Shown piece by piece: positions 17,149-25,672 of a stretch of DNA of 64,000 bases. The notes under the pieces are model-generated. The model ran no database searches and was not told the DNA's origin. It saw only the letters and a list, made by a program, of their open reading frames with translations. Positions within the stretch are counted from its first letter, which is position 1. Each line of letters begins with the position of its first letter. Source of the DNA: Bacillota bacterium (GTDB taxonomy: Bacteria > Bacillota > SHA-98 > Ch115 > JABLXJ01); the NCBI GenBank assembly GCA_012839815.1, contig DUMQ01000098.1, positions 376 through 64,375 of the forward strand. Reading direction: 5' to 3'. Made by a program: the position numbers and the translations under genes.

Positions 17149-18327
17149 GTGAGGGCTATGGTGATGGCCGCGGGTGTCGGCTCAAGGCTTGAGCCCTTGA
17201 CGTGTAATATTCCCAAGCCCATGGTGCCGGTGGTAAACAGGCCGGCAATGGCGCATATCATTGATCTTTTGAAGCGCCACGGGATATTCGAGGTGGTTGC
17301 CAACCTCTGGTATCTTCCACACGTTATAGAGAATTACTTTGGAGATGGGCGGGATTTTGGCATCCATCTGGAATATTCTAAGGAAGACACACTACTGGGC
17401 ACTGCCGGCGGGGTGCGACAGGCGAGGCACTACTTCGATGGCACCTTCGTGCTGATAGCCGGCGATGCGCTTACAGATATAGACCTGACGGCCCTGGTCG
17501 AATTCCACCGTTCGAAGCGCGCCCTCGCGACCATAGCTTTAAAACCCGTGGATGATCCTTCCCGTTTCGGCGTGGTTGTCACGGAAGGAGACGGCCGGAT
17601 CGTGCGGTTTCAGGAGAAGCCCCGGCCGGGGGAGGCGGCCAGCAACCTGGCGAATACAATGATCTATGTTTTTGAACCGGGGATTTTCGATTTTATCCCC
17701 GGCGAGGGAACCCCTGACTTCGGGCGCGATGTGTTCCCGCTGCTTGTCGCCGAGAGGGTGCCATTTTACGGCTACCCTATCTCCGATTACTGGTGTGATA
17801 TCGGGACGCTGGCTCAGTACCGCCGGGCCCACTATGATGTCCTGGCTGGCAGGGTGAGGATAGAGATGCCGGGCGGGCGCGGAGATGGTAGCCACGGAGG
17901 CGGAGATGTTAGGCACGGAGACGGCGAGAGCGAGAACTACGGAGGTGTGGCGGCCGGCCTGTGGATAGGGGAAGGGGCCAGGATCGCTTCTGATGCCAGG
18001 CTAATGAGCCCTGTCGTCGTAGGTAGGGGCAGCATGATCCGGCCGGGTGCGGTAATAGGCCCCAATACGGTGGTTGGCGACGGGTGCATTATAGATGAGG
18101 GGGCCGTGATATCGGGGAGCGTCATCTGGAGCAATACCCATGTAGGGCGCAATGCCTGTCTCACGGAGTGCGTTGTGGGGAGCGAGTGTTATCTGGGGTC
18201 CGGGGCGTCGGTCGGCGAGGGCGTCGTCCTGAGCGATGAGTGCGTAGTGGAGGACGCGAGCAGGATCAAGCCAAATGTCAGGATCTGGCCCCGGGGGACC
18301 GTGAGGAGCAAAGTTAGCGTGTGGTGA
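17149..18327 (+). CDS. Sugar-phosphate nucleotidyltransferase with C-terminal hexapeptide-repeat (LbH) domain (ManC/GlmU-like)
   Basis: MAAGVGSRLEPLT...KPMVPV (NTP_transferase G-x-G-x-R-L motif) and GDALTDIDL. C-terminal hexapeptide repeats (GARIASDARLMSPVVVGRGSMIRPGAVIGPNTVVGDG...). GTG 17149 with GGAGAGGAGG RBS. Low-complexity insert GGRGDGSHGGGDVRHGDGESENYGG. Confidence 0.8.
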   Translation: MRAMVMAAGVGSRLEPLTCNIPKPMVPVVNRPAMAHIIDLLKRHGIFEVVANLWYLPHVIENYFGDGRDFGIHLEYSKEDTLLGTAGGVRQARHYFDGTFVLIAGDALTDIDLTALVEFHRSKRALATIALKPVDDPSRFGVVVTEGDGRIVRFQEKPRPGEAASNLANTMIYVFEPGIFDFIPGEGTPDFGRDVFPLLVAERVPFYGYPISDYWCDIGTLAQYRRAHYDVLAGRVRIEMPGGRGDGSHGGGDVRHGDGESENYGGVAAGLWIGEGARIASDARLMSPVVVGRGSMIRPGAVIGPNTVVGDGCIIDEGAVISGSVIWSNTHVGRNACLTECVVGSECYLGSGASVGEGVVLSDECVVEDASRIKPNVRIWPRGTVRSKVSVW

Positions 18328-18407
18328 GGGTCGACCACCCCACGCCTGAAGCCGGGGCGCCCATGGGGCACCCGGCACCGCATAATCTTGGTGGTGGGGG
18401 TAGTATA

Positions 18408-19103
18408 GTGAGTGGTGGCGCGCGGTCGCGGCTGGTTGTGCTGCTTAGCTTTATAATTATCGCAAGCGGGGTCTTTGCGGGCCTTCTGGCCAGATATTAC
18501 CTTGCGAGCCGGGCGCCGGCGCCGTCCCGGGCACTCTCCGAGGAGACCGGGGTTAATGGGGCGGGAGATTCACCTGGGGGAGAAGCGCCTCACGAGGGAA
18601 CCGGGGAGGCGAGGGAGCCGAGTGTGATACCAAACCCCAACTTTACGCTGGAGGGGAGCACGATGTTGATCACGGGCCCCGGCGGCGACAGGGAGTGGGA
18701 ACTCGAGGTCGGCGAGGTCCGTATTTCAGAGACGGATAACAAGGCCGAGCTTACCGGCGTTGAGGCGACAAGATTTCAGGGCGGGAAGATCGTTTTCAGG
18801 GTTAAGGCGGGGCGCGCGATCGTGGACTGGAAGACCAGAGACCTGGTTTTCCGGGGCGGGGTCGAGGTCTACGGTGGCGGCGGGGACCGCGCCGGAGCCG
18901 GCCCGGCACCGGTGCCGGTGCCGGCATTGGGGTTCAGGGCGGCGGAGGCCGAGTGGCACGCCGATTCGGAGAAACTGGCGGCCACAGGGGATGTTGAGTA
19001 CTGGAACGGGGCTACCACGATATCAGGCAGGAGCCTCAGTGCGGATGCACGACTGCAGAGGGTACTGGTGGAGGGGCCTGCAAGGCTGGTTGTCAGAAGG
19101 TGA
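18408..19103 (+). CDS. Second LptC-like protein (TM anchor + OstA-fold)
   Basis: RLVVLLSFIIIASGVFAGLLARYY TM, then an OstA-like strand pattern (EWELEVGEVRISETDNKAELTGVEATRFQGGKIVFRVKAGRAIVDWKTRDLVFRGGVEVYG). The six-frame ORF starts at 18321. GTG 18408 (preceded by GGTGGTGGGGG) gives a typical short cytoplasmic N-terminus. Confidence 0.55.
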   Translation: MSGGARSRLVVLLSFIIIASGVFAGLLARYYLASRAPAPSRALSEETGVNGAGDSPGGEAPHEGTGEAREPSVIPNPNFTLEGSTMLITGPGGDREWELEVGEVRISETDNKAELTGVEATRFQGGKIVFRVKAGRAIVDWKTRDLVFRGGVEVYGGGGDRAGAGPAPVPVPALGFRAAEAEWHADSEKLAATGDVEYWNGATTISGRSLSADARLQRVLVEGPARLVVRR

Positions 19104-20476
19104 TGGGGCAAGGTGATGGGGTTTTGATTCTCTTCATCAGCAACGGCCACGGCGAGGATTTGATCGGGGCGATAGTTGCCCATGAGCTACTGGAGCTGAT
19201 GAGACAGGCGGATAGTAAGGCGGCCAGTGATGCGGCCGGCGTCTGCGCCCTTCCCCTTGTTGGCCTGGGGCGCCCTTACCGGGATGCAGGCATCCGGGTC
19301 CTGGGCGAGACCCGCGTCCTGCCGAGCGGTGGATTTGCAAAGCATGGGGTGAGCCTTTTCCTGCGCGACCTGGCGGCGGGCCTTCCTGGCCTGACTCTGG
19401 CCCAGATACGCACGATGCAGGGGGTCAGGAACCAAGTCAGGCTGGCGGTGTGCGTCGGGGATATCTACCCCGTTCTCATGGCAAGGTTGTTTCTGGGCAG
19501 CCCGATCCTGTTTCTTTCTACGGCGAAATCCGAGTATATTAGGGGCCATCTCGGCATCGAGAAACTGGTAATGCGGCGCACGTGTGAGCTTGTGCTTGCC
19601 CGCGATGAGGCCACGGCCATGGCTCTCAGGCGTTCAGGGGTTAGGGCCAGGTTTGTCGGGAATGTGATGATGGACAGCTTCAGCATAACGGGCGAGAATT
19701 TCGGTCTCTCTCTTGAGCGAAAGGTCGTCGGCATTATGCCAGGGTCCCGGGAAGAGGCATACGATAATATGGCCGCTATACTCAATGCCGTCGTAAGGCT
19801 GGATTACCTGAGCGGCGGGGCGCTTGATTTCCTTGCTGCTCTCGCGCCGAGCCTGGACGTGGAGAGACTTGGGAGAAGGGTAGATGCGTGCGGGTGGGAG
19901 TTTGTGAGCGCTCCGGTGCCCGCGGAGTCGGGTGTGGTAGGAGAGCTCCGCTGCCGCAGGCCGGGCAGATCTGGATCTGTATCCGGGTCTGTATGTGGAT
20001 CCGGATTTGGATCTGGACATGGACCGGGTAGAGATGGAGATGAAGCTGGAGCCGGAGCTGGAGCTGGAGATAGAGATAGAGGTGGAGATAGGGCAGCCCG
20101 CGAGATCCGGGTGGTGGTGACACAGGGCAGGTTTGGAGATGTCCTAAACATCGCAAGTATTTTTATCGGCCTCGCAGGCACGGCGAATGAACAGGCGTGC
20201 GGGATGGGCAAGCCCGTCGTGGCCTTTGTGGGGCGCGGTCCCCAGTTTAACCGGAGGTTTGCGCTTGCGCAGAAGAGGCTCCTCGGCGATGCCCTTTCGA
20301 TCGTTGAATCCGATCCTGATATCGTTGCCAGGGAGGTCCTGGCCATACTGAACGATACGTCGCGATATAATGCGGCAAGGAAAACGGGTGCCGAAAGGAT
20401 GGGCGGGCCCGGTGGTGCCAGGCGGGTGGCCGGGCTTATCCGGAATTATCTAGAAAATGGGACATGGGGGGAATAA
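19100..20476 (+). CDS. Second lipid-A-disaccharide synthase-related glycosyltransferase (GT19-like; TIGR03492-type)
   Basis: VLILFISNGHGEDLIGAIVAHEL N-terminus and overall LpxB-like collinearity. Carries a simple-sequence insert (GSGSVSGSVCGSGFGSGHGPGRDGDEAGAGAGAGDRDRGGDR). Overlaps the upstream stop. Confidence 0.6.
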   Translation: MMGQGDGVLILFISNGHGEDLIGAIVAHELLELMRQADSKAASDAAGVCALPLVGLGRPYRDAGIRVLGETRVLPSGGFAKHGVSLFLRDLAAGLPGLTLAQIRTMQGVRNQVRLAVCVGDIYPVLMARLFLGSPILFLSTAKSEYIRGHLGIEKLVMRRTCELVLARDEATAMALRRSGVRARFVGNVMMDSFSITGENFGLSLERKVVGIMPGSREEAYDNMAAILNAVVRLDYLSGGALDFLAALAPSLDVERLGRRVDACGWEFVSAPVPAESGVVGELRCRRPGRSGSVSGSVCGSGFGSGHGPGRDGDEAGAGAGAGDRDRGGDRAAREIRVVVTQGRFGDVLNIASIFIGLAGTANEQACGMGKPVVAFVGRGPQFNRRFALAQKRLLGDALSIVESDPDIVAREVLAILNDTSRYNAARKTGAERMGGPGGARRVAGLIRNYLENGTWGE

Positions 20477-20479
20477 CCT

Positions 20480-21277
20480 ATGCGGAAAGGGTTTCAGACG
20501 CGGGGGGTGGGACTTATGCGCGAGGTGGAGTACATAAAACACATAAAAGTTGAGCGCATGATACCTGCGGGGCGCATAGGGTTAAGATGGCTGGTGTTGC
20601 TCGTCGTTTGGGTGGGATGCATGGGGGCCGTGGCCCCGGGGGCTTCGATCGCAGGACTGGGGCCGGCGTGGGGGCCCGGTGTGGCTTGGGCTGCCTCACA
20701 GGCGGATAGTGCCAAAGCCGCTCAACCGGTCGAGGTGACGGCGAGCGGCAGCATGGAGTATGATGCCCAAAAGAAGATAACCAGGGCTAGCGGCAACGTA
20801 ATTGTAAAATACAAGACGTTTATATTATCCGGCGACTCCGTGGTATTTGAGGAGGGCCCGATGAAGGCCAGCATCCAGGGAAACGCTAGATTCCAGGATA
20901 CGGCCCCGGAGTCTGGCGCTACGATGACGGCCCAGAATATTGTGGCCTTGCTCAAGGATAAAAGGGTGACAGCTATGGGCAGGGTGAATCTCAAGCGCGG
21001 GGAGATGCTCCTTACGGCAGATAAGGTCGATGGTTACCTTAATGAGGATAGGGCCGTTGCCGAGGGGAACGTGAGGATCGTGCAGGAGGATCTTGTAGCG
21101 ACCGGGGATTTTGTTACATATCTGGATAAGGAGAAGAAGGCAGTTATCTCGGGTCACGCTCGCGTCGAGAGCGACGGCAGGGTGTTCACGGGCGGGAAGA
21201 TAACGGTGCTCATGGACGAGAAGCGCGTTATCGGCAGCGAGGGGACGCGGCTTGTCATACCCGTGAAGGAAGAGTAG
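20480..21277 (+). CDS. Second LptA-like periplasmic LPS transport protein (OstA N-terminal domain)
   Basis: Signal-like N-terminus. OstA repeats (VEVTASGSMEYDAQKKITRASGNVIVKYKTFILSGDSVVFEEG...; LLTADKVDGYLNEDRAVAEGNVRIVQEDLVATGDFVTYLDKEKKAVISGHARVE). Lies directly upstream of lptB, as in the canonical lptA-lptB arrangement. Confidence 0.7.
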   Translation: MRKGFQTRGVGLMREVEYIKHIKVERMIPAGRIGLRWLVLLVVWVGCMGAVAPGASIAGLGPAWGPGVAWAASQADSAKAAQPVEVTASGSMEYDAQKKITRASGNVIVKYKTFILSGDSVVFEEGPMKASIQGNARFQDTAPESGATMTAQNIVALLKDKRVTAMGRVNLKRGEMLLTADKVDGYLNEDRAVAEGNVRIVQEDLVATGDFVTYLDKEKKAVISGHARVESDGRVFTGGKITVLMDEKRVIGSEGTRLVIPVKEE

Positions 21278-21377
21278 AAATCCAGGTAGAAATATGAAGC
21301 CGTAAGCTTTATTTACAAGCTTTATAAGGCGGCAAGCTTGCAGAAATATAAAGCAGCAGGCTTGAGGAAGGACACCG

Positions 21378-22097
21378 ATGGGAATCATCGTTGAAAACCT
21401 CGTGAAAGTCTATGGCAGGAGGCGCGTGGTTGACGGCGTGAGCCTCGAGGTGAATGAGGGTGAGGTTGTCGGGCTCCTGGGCCCGAATGGCGCCGGCAAG
21501 ACCACGACCTTCTATATGATTGTCGGCCTTGAGGCTGTTACAGGCGGGAGGATCCTGCTCGGGAAGCGCGACATTACGGGGCTGCCCATACACGTGCGGG
21601 CGAGGCTGGGCATCGGGTACCTGGCCCAGGAGCCGTCTATATTCCGGCGCCTCACGGTCGAACAGAACATCCTCGCTATTCTCGAGTTGATGGGCATGAC
21701 ACAAGAAGAGCGCCTCGAGCGCCTGGAGGAGCTCCTTGTCAAGCTGGATATTGTCCATCTACGGAAGCAGGCGGGCTACATGCTTTCAGGCGGGGAGAGG
21801 CGGCGCGTCGAGATTGCCAGGACCCTCGCGGCCTCGCCGTCTTTTATTCTTTTAGATGAGCCTTTCACGGGGGTGGACCCAATAGCGGTAGCTGATATCC
21901 AGGGCCTCATCGCCCGCTTCCGCGACGAGGGACTGGGCATTCTCATCACGGACCATAGCGTCCGTGAGACCCTTGCCATTGTAGATAGGGCGTATATTAT
22001 GCACCAGGGAAGGATTCTGGTCTCGGGGGACGCAGGCATGGTTGCGCGTGACCCTATTGCGAGGAAATTCTACCTCGGGGAGAGGTTCAGCCTGTGA
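21378..22097 (+). CDS. lptB: LPS export ABC transporter ATPase LptB
   Basis: Near-collinear with LptB: [69 protein letters not shown]. Confidence 0.9.
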   Translation: MGIIVENLVKVYGRRRVVDGVSLEVNEGEVVGLLGPNGAGKTTTFYMIVGLEAVTGGRILLGKRDITGLPIHVRARLGIGYLAQEPSIFRRLTVEQNILAILELMGMTQEERLERLEELLVKLDIVHLRKQAGYMLSGGERRRVEIARTLAASPSFILLDEPFTGVDPIAVADIQGLIARFRDEGLGILITDHSVRETLAIVDRAYIMHQGRILVSGDAGMVARDPIARKFYLGERFSL

Positions 22098-23173
22098 GAA
22101 CGCTCAACCGTTACATACTTCGTGAACTGATCGAGCCATTTATCTTTGGGGTTGCGGCGTTTACGAGCATCTTCATCGCCGGCGACCTCCTCTTTTCCAT
22201 TGCTCGGCTTCTCGCTGACGGGACGATAAGCGTGAACTGTGCCATCCAGCTTTTCGTCCTGGGGATACCGAGGATTGTTGTCATTACATTCCCTATGTCC
22301 GTGCTTCTCGGAACACTGTTATGCTTCGGGAGGCTTTCGGATTCCAGCGAGATCGTGGCGATGCGGGCCGCAGGTGTGAGCACGCGAAGCATCATCGCGC
22401 CGGCCATCTTGCTTGCCGTTGTGATGAGCCTCTTTACAGTCTTTTTGAATGAGACCATCGTGCCAGCGTCCAATCAGGCCTCCCAGGACATTCTCTGGAG
22501 TGTGACGAATCGGGGGAAGCCCCTTACGGAGAAGGATATCGTCATCAAGACGTTCAGGGACGGGCGGCTGGACAGGCTGGTGTATGCCGAGGAGTTTGAC
22601 GCGGATAAGAAGGAGCTGACCAACGTCACGGTACAGGATTTCAGGAACGGCAAGCTTGTGCGGGTGACAAACGCTCCAAAGGCGATCTGGGACCGGAATA
22701 GATGGTGGTTTATGAACGGGGCCATGTATGACATCGTCGACGGGAACCGGATGGTCTCCGTTACGTTTAAGACTCATGAGAGCCTTATAGCTCAGGCGCC
22801 CGAAGAGATCGCCCGCAGGCAGAAGACCCCGCAGGAGATGGGGATAAGCGAGCTCAGGGCGTATATCAGGATGTTGCGGGAACAGGGCCAGAATGTTTCG
22901 GCACTCCTGGTGGAGCTCTACCTGAAGCTCGCCATTCCCTTCGCGAGCCTGGTATTCGCCCTGGTCGGTGCCCCTCTTGGGATACGGACGAGGAGATCGT
23001 CATCATCGCTTGGCTTTGGGACGAGTATAATCCTAATCTTTATATATTATGTTATAATGAGCATGGGGACAGCCTTCGGACAGCGCGGTAGTGTGCCACC
23101 GTTTATTGGCGCATGGTCGCAGAATTTTATTTTCGGAGGCATAGGCCTCTGGATGGTGCTGCGGAGCGACTAA
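22094..23173 (+). CDS. LPS export ABC permease LptF/LptG (YjgP/YjgQ family)
   Basis: [28 protein letters not shown]-terminus typical of the LptF/G family. Six TM helices plus a periplasmic beta-jellyroll insert. Overlaps the lptB stop by 4 nt. Only one LptF/G paralog is visible in the window. Confidence 0.85.
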   Translation: MRTLNRYILRELIEPFIFGVAAFTSIFIAGDLLFSIARLLADGTISVNCAIQLFVLGIPRIVVITFPMSVLLGTLLCFGRLSDSSEIVAMRAAGVSTRSIIAPAILLAVVMSLFTVFLNETIVPASNQASQDILWSVTNRGKPLTEKDIVIKTFRDGRLDRLVYAEEFDADKKELTNVTVQDFRNGKLVRVTNAPKAIWDRNRWWFMNGAMYDIVDGNRMVSVTFKTHESLIAQAPEEIARRQKTPQEMGISELRAYIRMLREQGQNVSALLVELYLKLAIPFASLVFALVGAPLGIRTRRSSSSLGFGTSIILIFIYYVIMSMGTAFGQRGSVPPFIGAWSQNFIFGGIGLWMVLRSD

Positions 23174-23358
23174 TAGCGGTAATAGCGGCTAATTGACGGT
23201 CCTGGCTGGCCTCGGGTGAGCATGGAGGTCGCCAGGCGAGCAGGCCGGGCTGGCAGGCAGGCCGATGGGCAAATTAGTACGCAGCCAGGCAGGCAGGTAG
23301 GTAAGCCCCCAGGCGGGGGCGGGCGGATGAGTGGAGTGGGAGTAGGAGTGGTTGTTGA

Positions 23359-24915
23359 ATGTATGGACTGACGCTGGTCCTCGCCCTTATAATCACGGGC
23401 GGGGTCATAGCTTACGTAGGGGATCATATCGGACGAAAGGTCGGGCGTCGCAGGCTGAGCATGTTTGGTCTCCGCCCAAAGTATACCTCGATAATTATCA
23501 CGATCATAACGGGTATCGCCGTTTCAACAACCACGCTCGTTGTGCTGAGCATCGCGTCCGAGGATGTAAGGACCGCGCTGTTTCACATGCACGAGATCCA
23601 GGCCGCGCTCGCCACATCCCAGAAAAACCTCGACCTCGCCGAACTGAGATTGAAGCAGCAGCAAAAGGAGCTCGATGAGAAGGCAAAGCTTGCAGATGAG
23701 CTGGCCGGGCGCATAAATACCCTCACCAGCAGGATAGACCAGCTCACGGCCGAGACCAAGGTGAAGGCCCAGGAGTTGAATGTCTTGACCGCGCGGAACG
23801 CCTCACTAAAGAATGAGCTCGAGGTCGTGATTCAAAAGAGGCGCCAGGCCGAGGCCGACCTCGCGGTCGTGCGGGGAGAGCTCGCCACGTTGAGACAGGA
23901 ATACCAGCGGATAAGCCAGCAATACGAGGCTACAAGGGGACATTACGAGGAAGCCAAGGTAAAGCTTGCGAGCGCCAGCGAGGAAATCAGGCGGCTCGAG
24001 GAGCAGGAAGCCAGGCTCCAGCTGACCATAAAAGGGCTCGAGCAGGAGAAGAAACGGCTAGAGGACGAGACCCTGAGCCTTGAGACGCGGATCCAGGATC
24101 TTACCCAGGGTGCAAACGCCCTGTATTCCTACCTGCAAGGTATGTCCCATTACCTGCAGGGCCTTTCATTGAGCGACCTGACCTACAGGGCGGATGAGAT
24201 TATTCTCTCCACCGTCATCCAGGGCGGCAGGCCACTGGATGAGGTGCAAAGCGACGTGGTTGCCTTCCTGGTCAAGGCCAACCAGCTGGCCCTCGAGAAG
24301 GGCGCGAAGATAGAGGGGAGCAATACCGACGCCATAATCTGGTTTTCGGATAACCTGCAGAATACTTATGAGCAGATTCGTGCGGCCAGGGGCAAGGTTG
24401 TCGTGAGGCTTGTATCAGCCACCAACGCCATGGTCGGGCAGCCGGTATACGCCTACCTGCAGGTATTTGAGAATAAGCGGATATTCCAGAAGGGCGAGGT
24501 CATAGCCAAGAAGACGATAGATGGATCGCTGGGGCCTGACAAGGTGGAGGACGAGATGATGTCGCTCCTGGTGGAGGTCAACGCGGTGGCGATCAAGAAA
24601 GGGATGGTGTCGGACGCCGAGGGTAGGGTCGGTAAGGTGGCGGATTACGCGCAATTCAGAGCCGCCAAGTCCGAGATACTCAACGCCAAGGGTCCTGTGG
24701 AGGTGTCGGCTGTGGCGGCCCAGGATACCTGGAACACAGAGGGCCCCCTCCAGGTGCAGCTTTACGTGTTGCCGGCCAGGGCGTCCAAGGCCGACGGCAC
24801 CCAGCCGGGAGGGGTGGAGGCGCCTGGGAGAGCCGGTGGCCCGAGCCAGGCAGGTGGAAATGAGATTGGTAATGAGACTCGCAGTGGGAGCAGCGGGACA
24901 GGGACTGGTAAATAA
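23359..24915 (+). CDS. DUF3084-like membrane protein (N-terminal TM hairpin + long coiled-coil + C-terminal globular domain)
   Basis: N-terminus LTLVLALIITGGVIAYVGDHIGRKVGRRRLSMFGLRPKYTSIIITIITG matches my recollection of the DUF3084 signature. About 250 aa of heptad coiled-coil follow (QKNLDLAELRLKQQQKELDEKAKLADELAGRINTL...). Confidence 0.55.
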   Translation: MYGLTLVLALIITGGVIAYVGDHIGRKVGRRRLSMFGLRPKYTSIIITIITGIAVSTTTLVVLSIASEDVRTALFHMHEIQAALATSQKNLDLAELRLKQQQKELDEKAKLADELAGRINTLTSRIDQLTAETKVKAQELNVLTARNASLKNELEVVIQKRRQAEADLAVVRGELATLRQEYQRISQQYEATRGHYEEAKVKLASASEEIRRLEEQEARLQLTIKGLEQEKKRLEDETLSLETRIQDLTQGANALYSYLQGMSHYLQGLSLSDLTYRADEIILSTVIQGGRPLDEVQSDVVAFLVKANQLALEKGAKIEGSNTDAIIWFSDNLQNTYEQIRAARGKVVVRLVSATNAMVGQPVYAYLQVFENKRIFQKGEVIAKKTIDGSLGPDKVEDEMMSLLVEVNAVAIKKGMVSDAEGRVGKVADYAQFRAAKSEILNAKGPVEVSAVAAQDTWNTEGPLQVQLYVLPARASKADGTQPGGVEAPGRAGGPSQAGGNEIGNETRSGSSGTGTGK

Positions 24916-24956
24916 ATAGCCGCTGATTAAATGGCCACTAATGAGGGATCCGGGGA

Positions 24957-24980
24957 CCGGGGAGGTACCCCGGTTTTTTA
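24957..24980 (+). terminator. Rho-independent terminator-like hairpin (CCGGGG-aggta-CCCCGG + T6)
   Basis: ccggggaggtaccccggtttttt lies 40 nt downstream of the 24915 stop. Confidence 0.6.
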
Positions 24981-25046
24981 GTACCGGTTTTTGGTGCGCG
25001 CAAGATCGGCTGCACATTGCCCCCTTTCGACAATCGCATGGGGCGC

Positions 25047-25080
25047 CTCGCATCTCTTCTCTCCGCCCGGTGGACGCGGC
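25047..25080. repeat. Copy A of a ~30-bp dispersed repeat (CTCGCATCTCT[TCT]CTCCGCCCGGYGGACGCGGC)
   Basis: Near-identical to 53177-53205, differing by one 3-bp indel and one substitution. Contains the 11-bp palindrome CCGCCNGGCGG. Confidence 0.7.
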
Positions 25081-25672
25081 CAGGGAGGTAGGCCGTTTCG
25101 CTGTGCGCTGATTTGGAGACTGCGGATGCGGCTTGACCGGTGTATAGCTATATGGCTTTATAATATAGCTCTATATAGCCGGTCTATGGTTAGCCGGTCC
25201 ATGGCTGGTAAGTACCGGTAGCGAGCGAGCATGAATAAGGAATAACAAGATTATTCGTGAAAAGATGAATAAATACATAGTATATCCGGCTGGTGCGAGA
25301 AAAAGGCCTGGATGGCGGTGGTAAAAGGTTTTCTAGCACGTTGTAAACATCTTGTAAAAACCAAAAAACTCTGTTTTTATTGGAGGAATTTTGGCGTCTA
25401 TGGAGAAATAGCGTAAAGAAGGCTTGTACTCCCAGGAATATTTGCCAGAAGTATATATGATATGCCGGGAGCATGATATACGGAGCCTGTACCCGTCCAC
25501 GAGGCAGCGACCGGGAGGAGGTGAGATCCCCTAATTCGCAGAGGCCGCGTGGGCGTCCCGATAAAAGCGCTGAGACACGGGTGTGTGTAGCGAGGGAACC
25601 AGGAGGCTCGCTATGTCACCAGTGGACGCGCAGCTATTTTAGCGAGTATGCTTGAAAAGGGGGATTCAGGCG

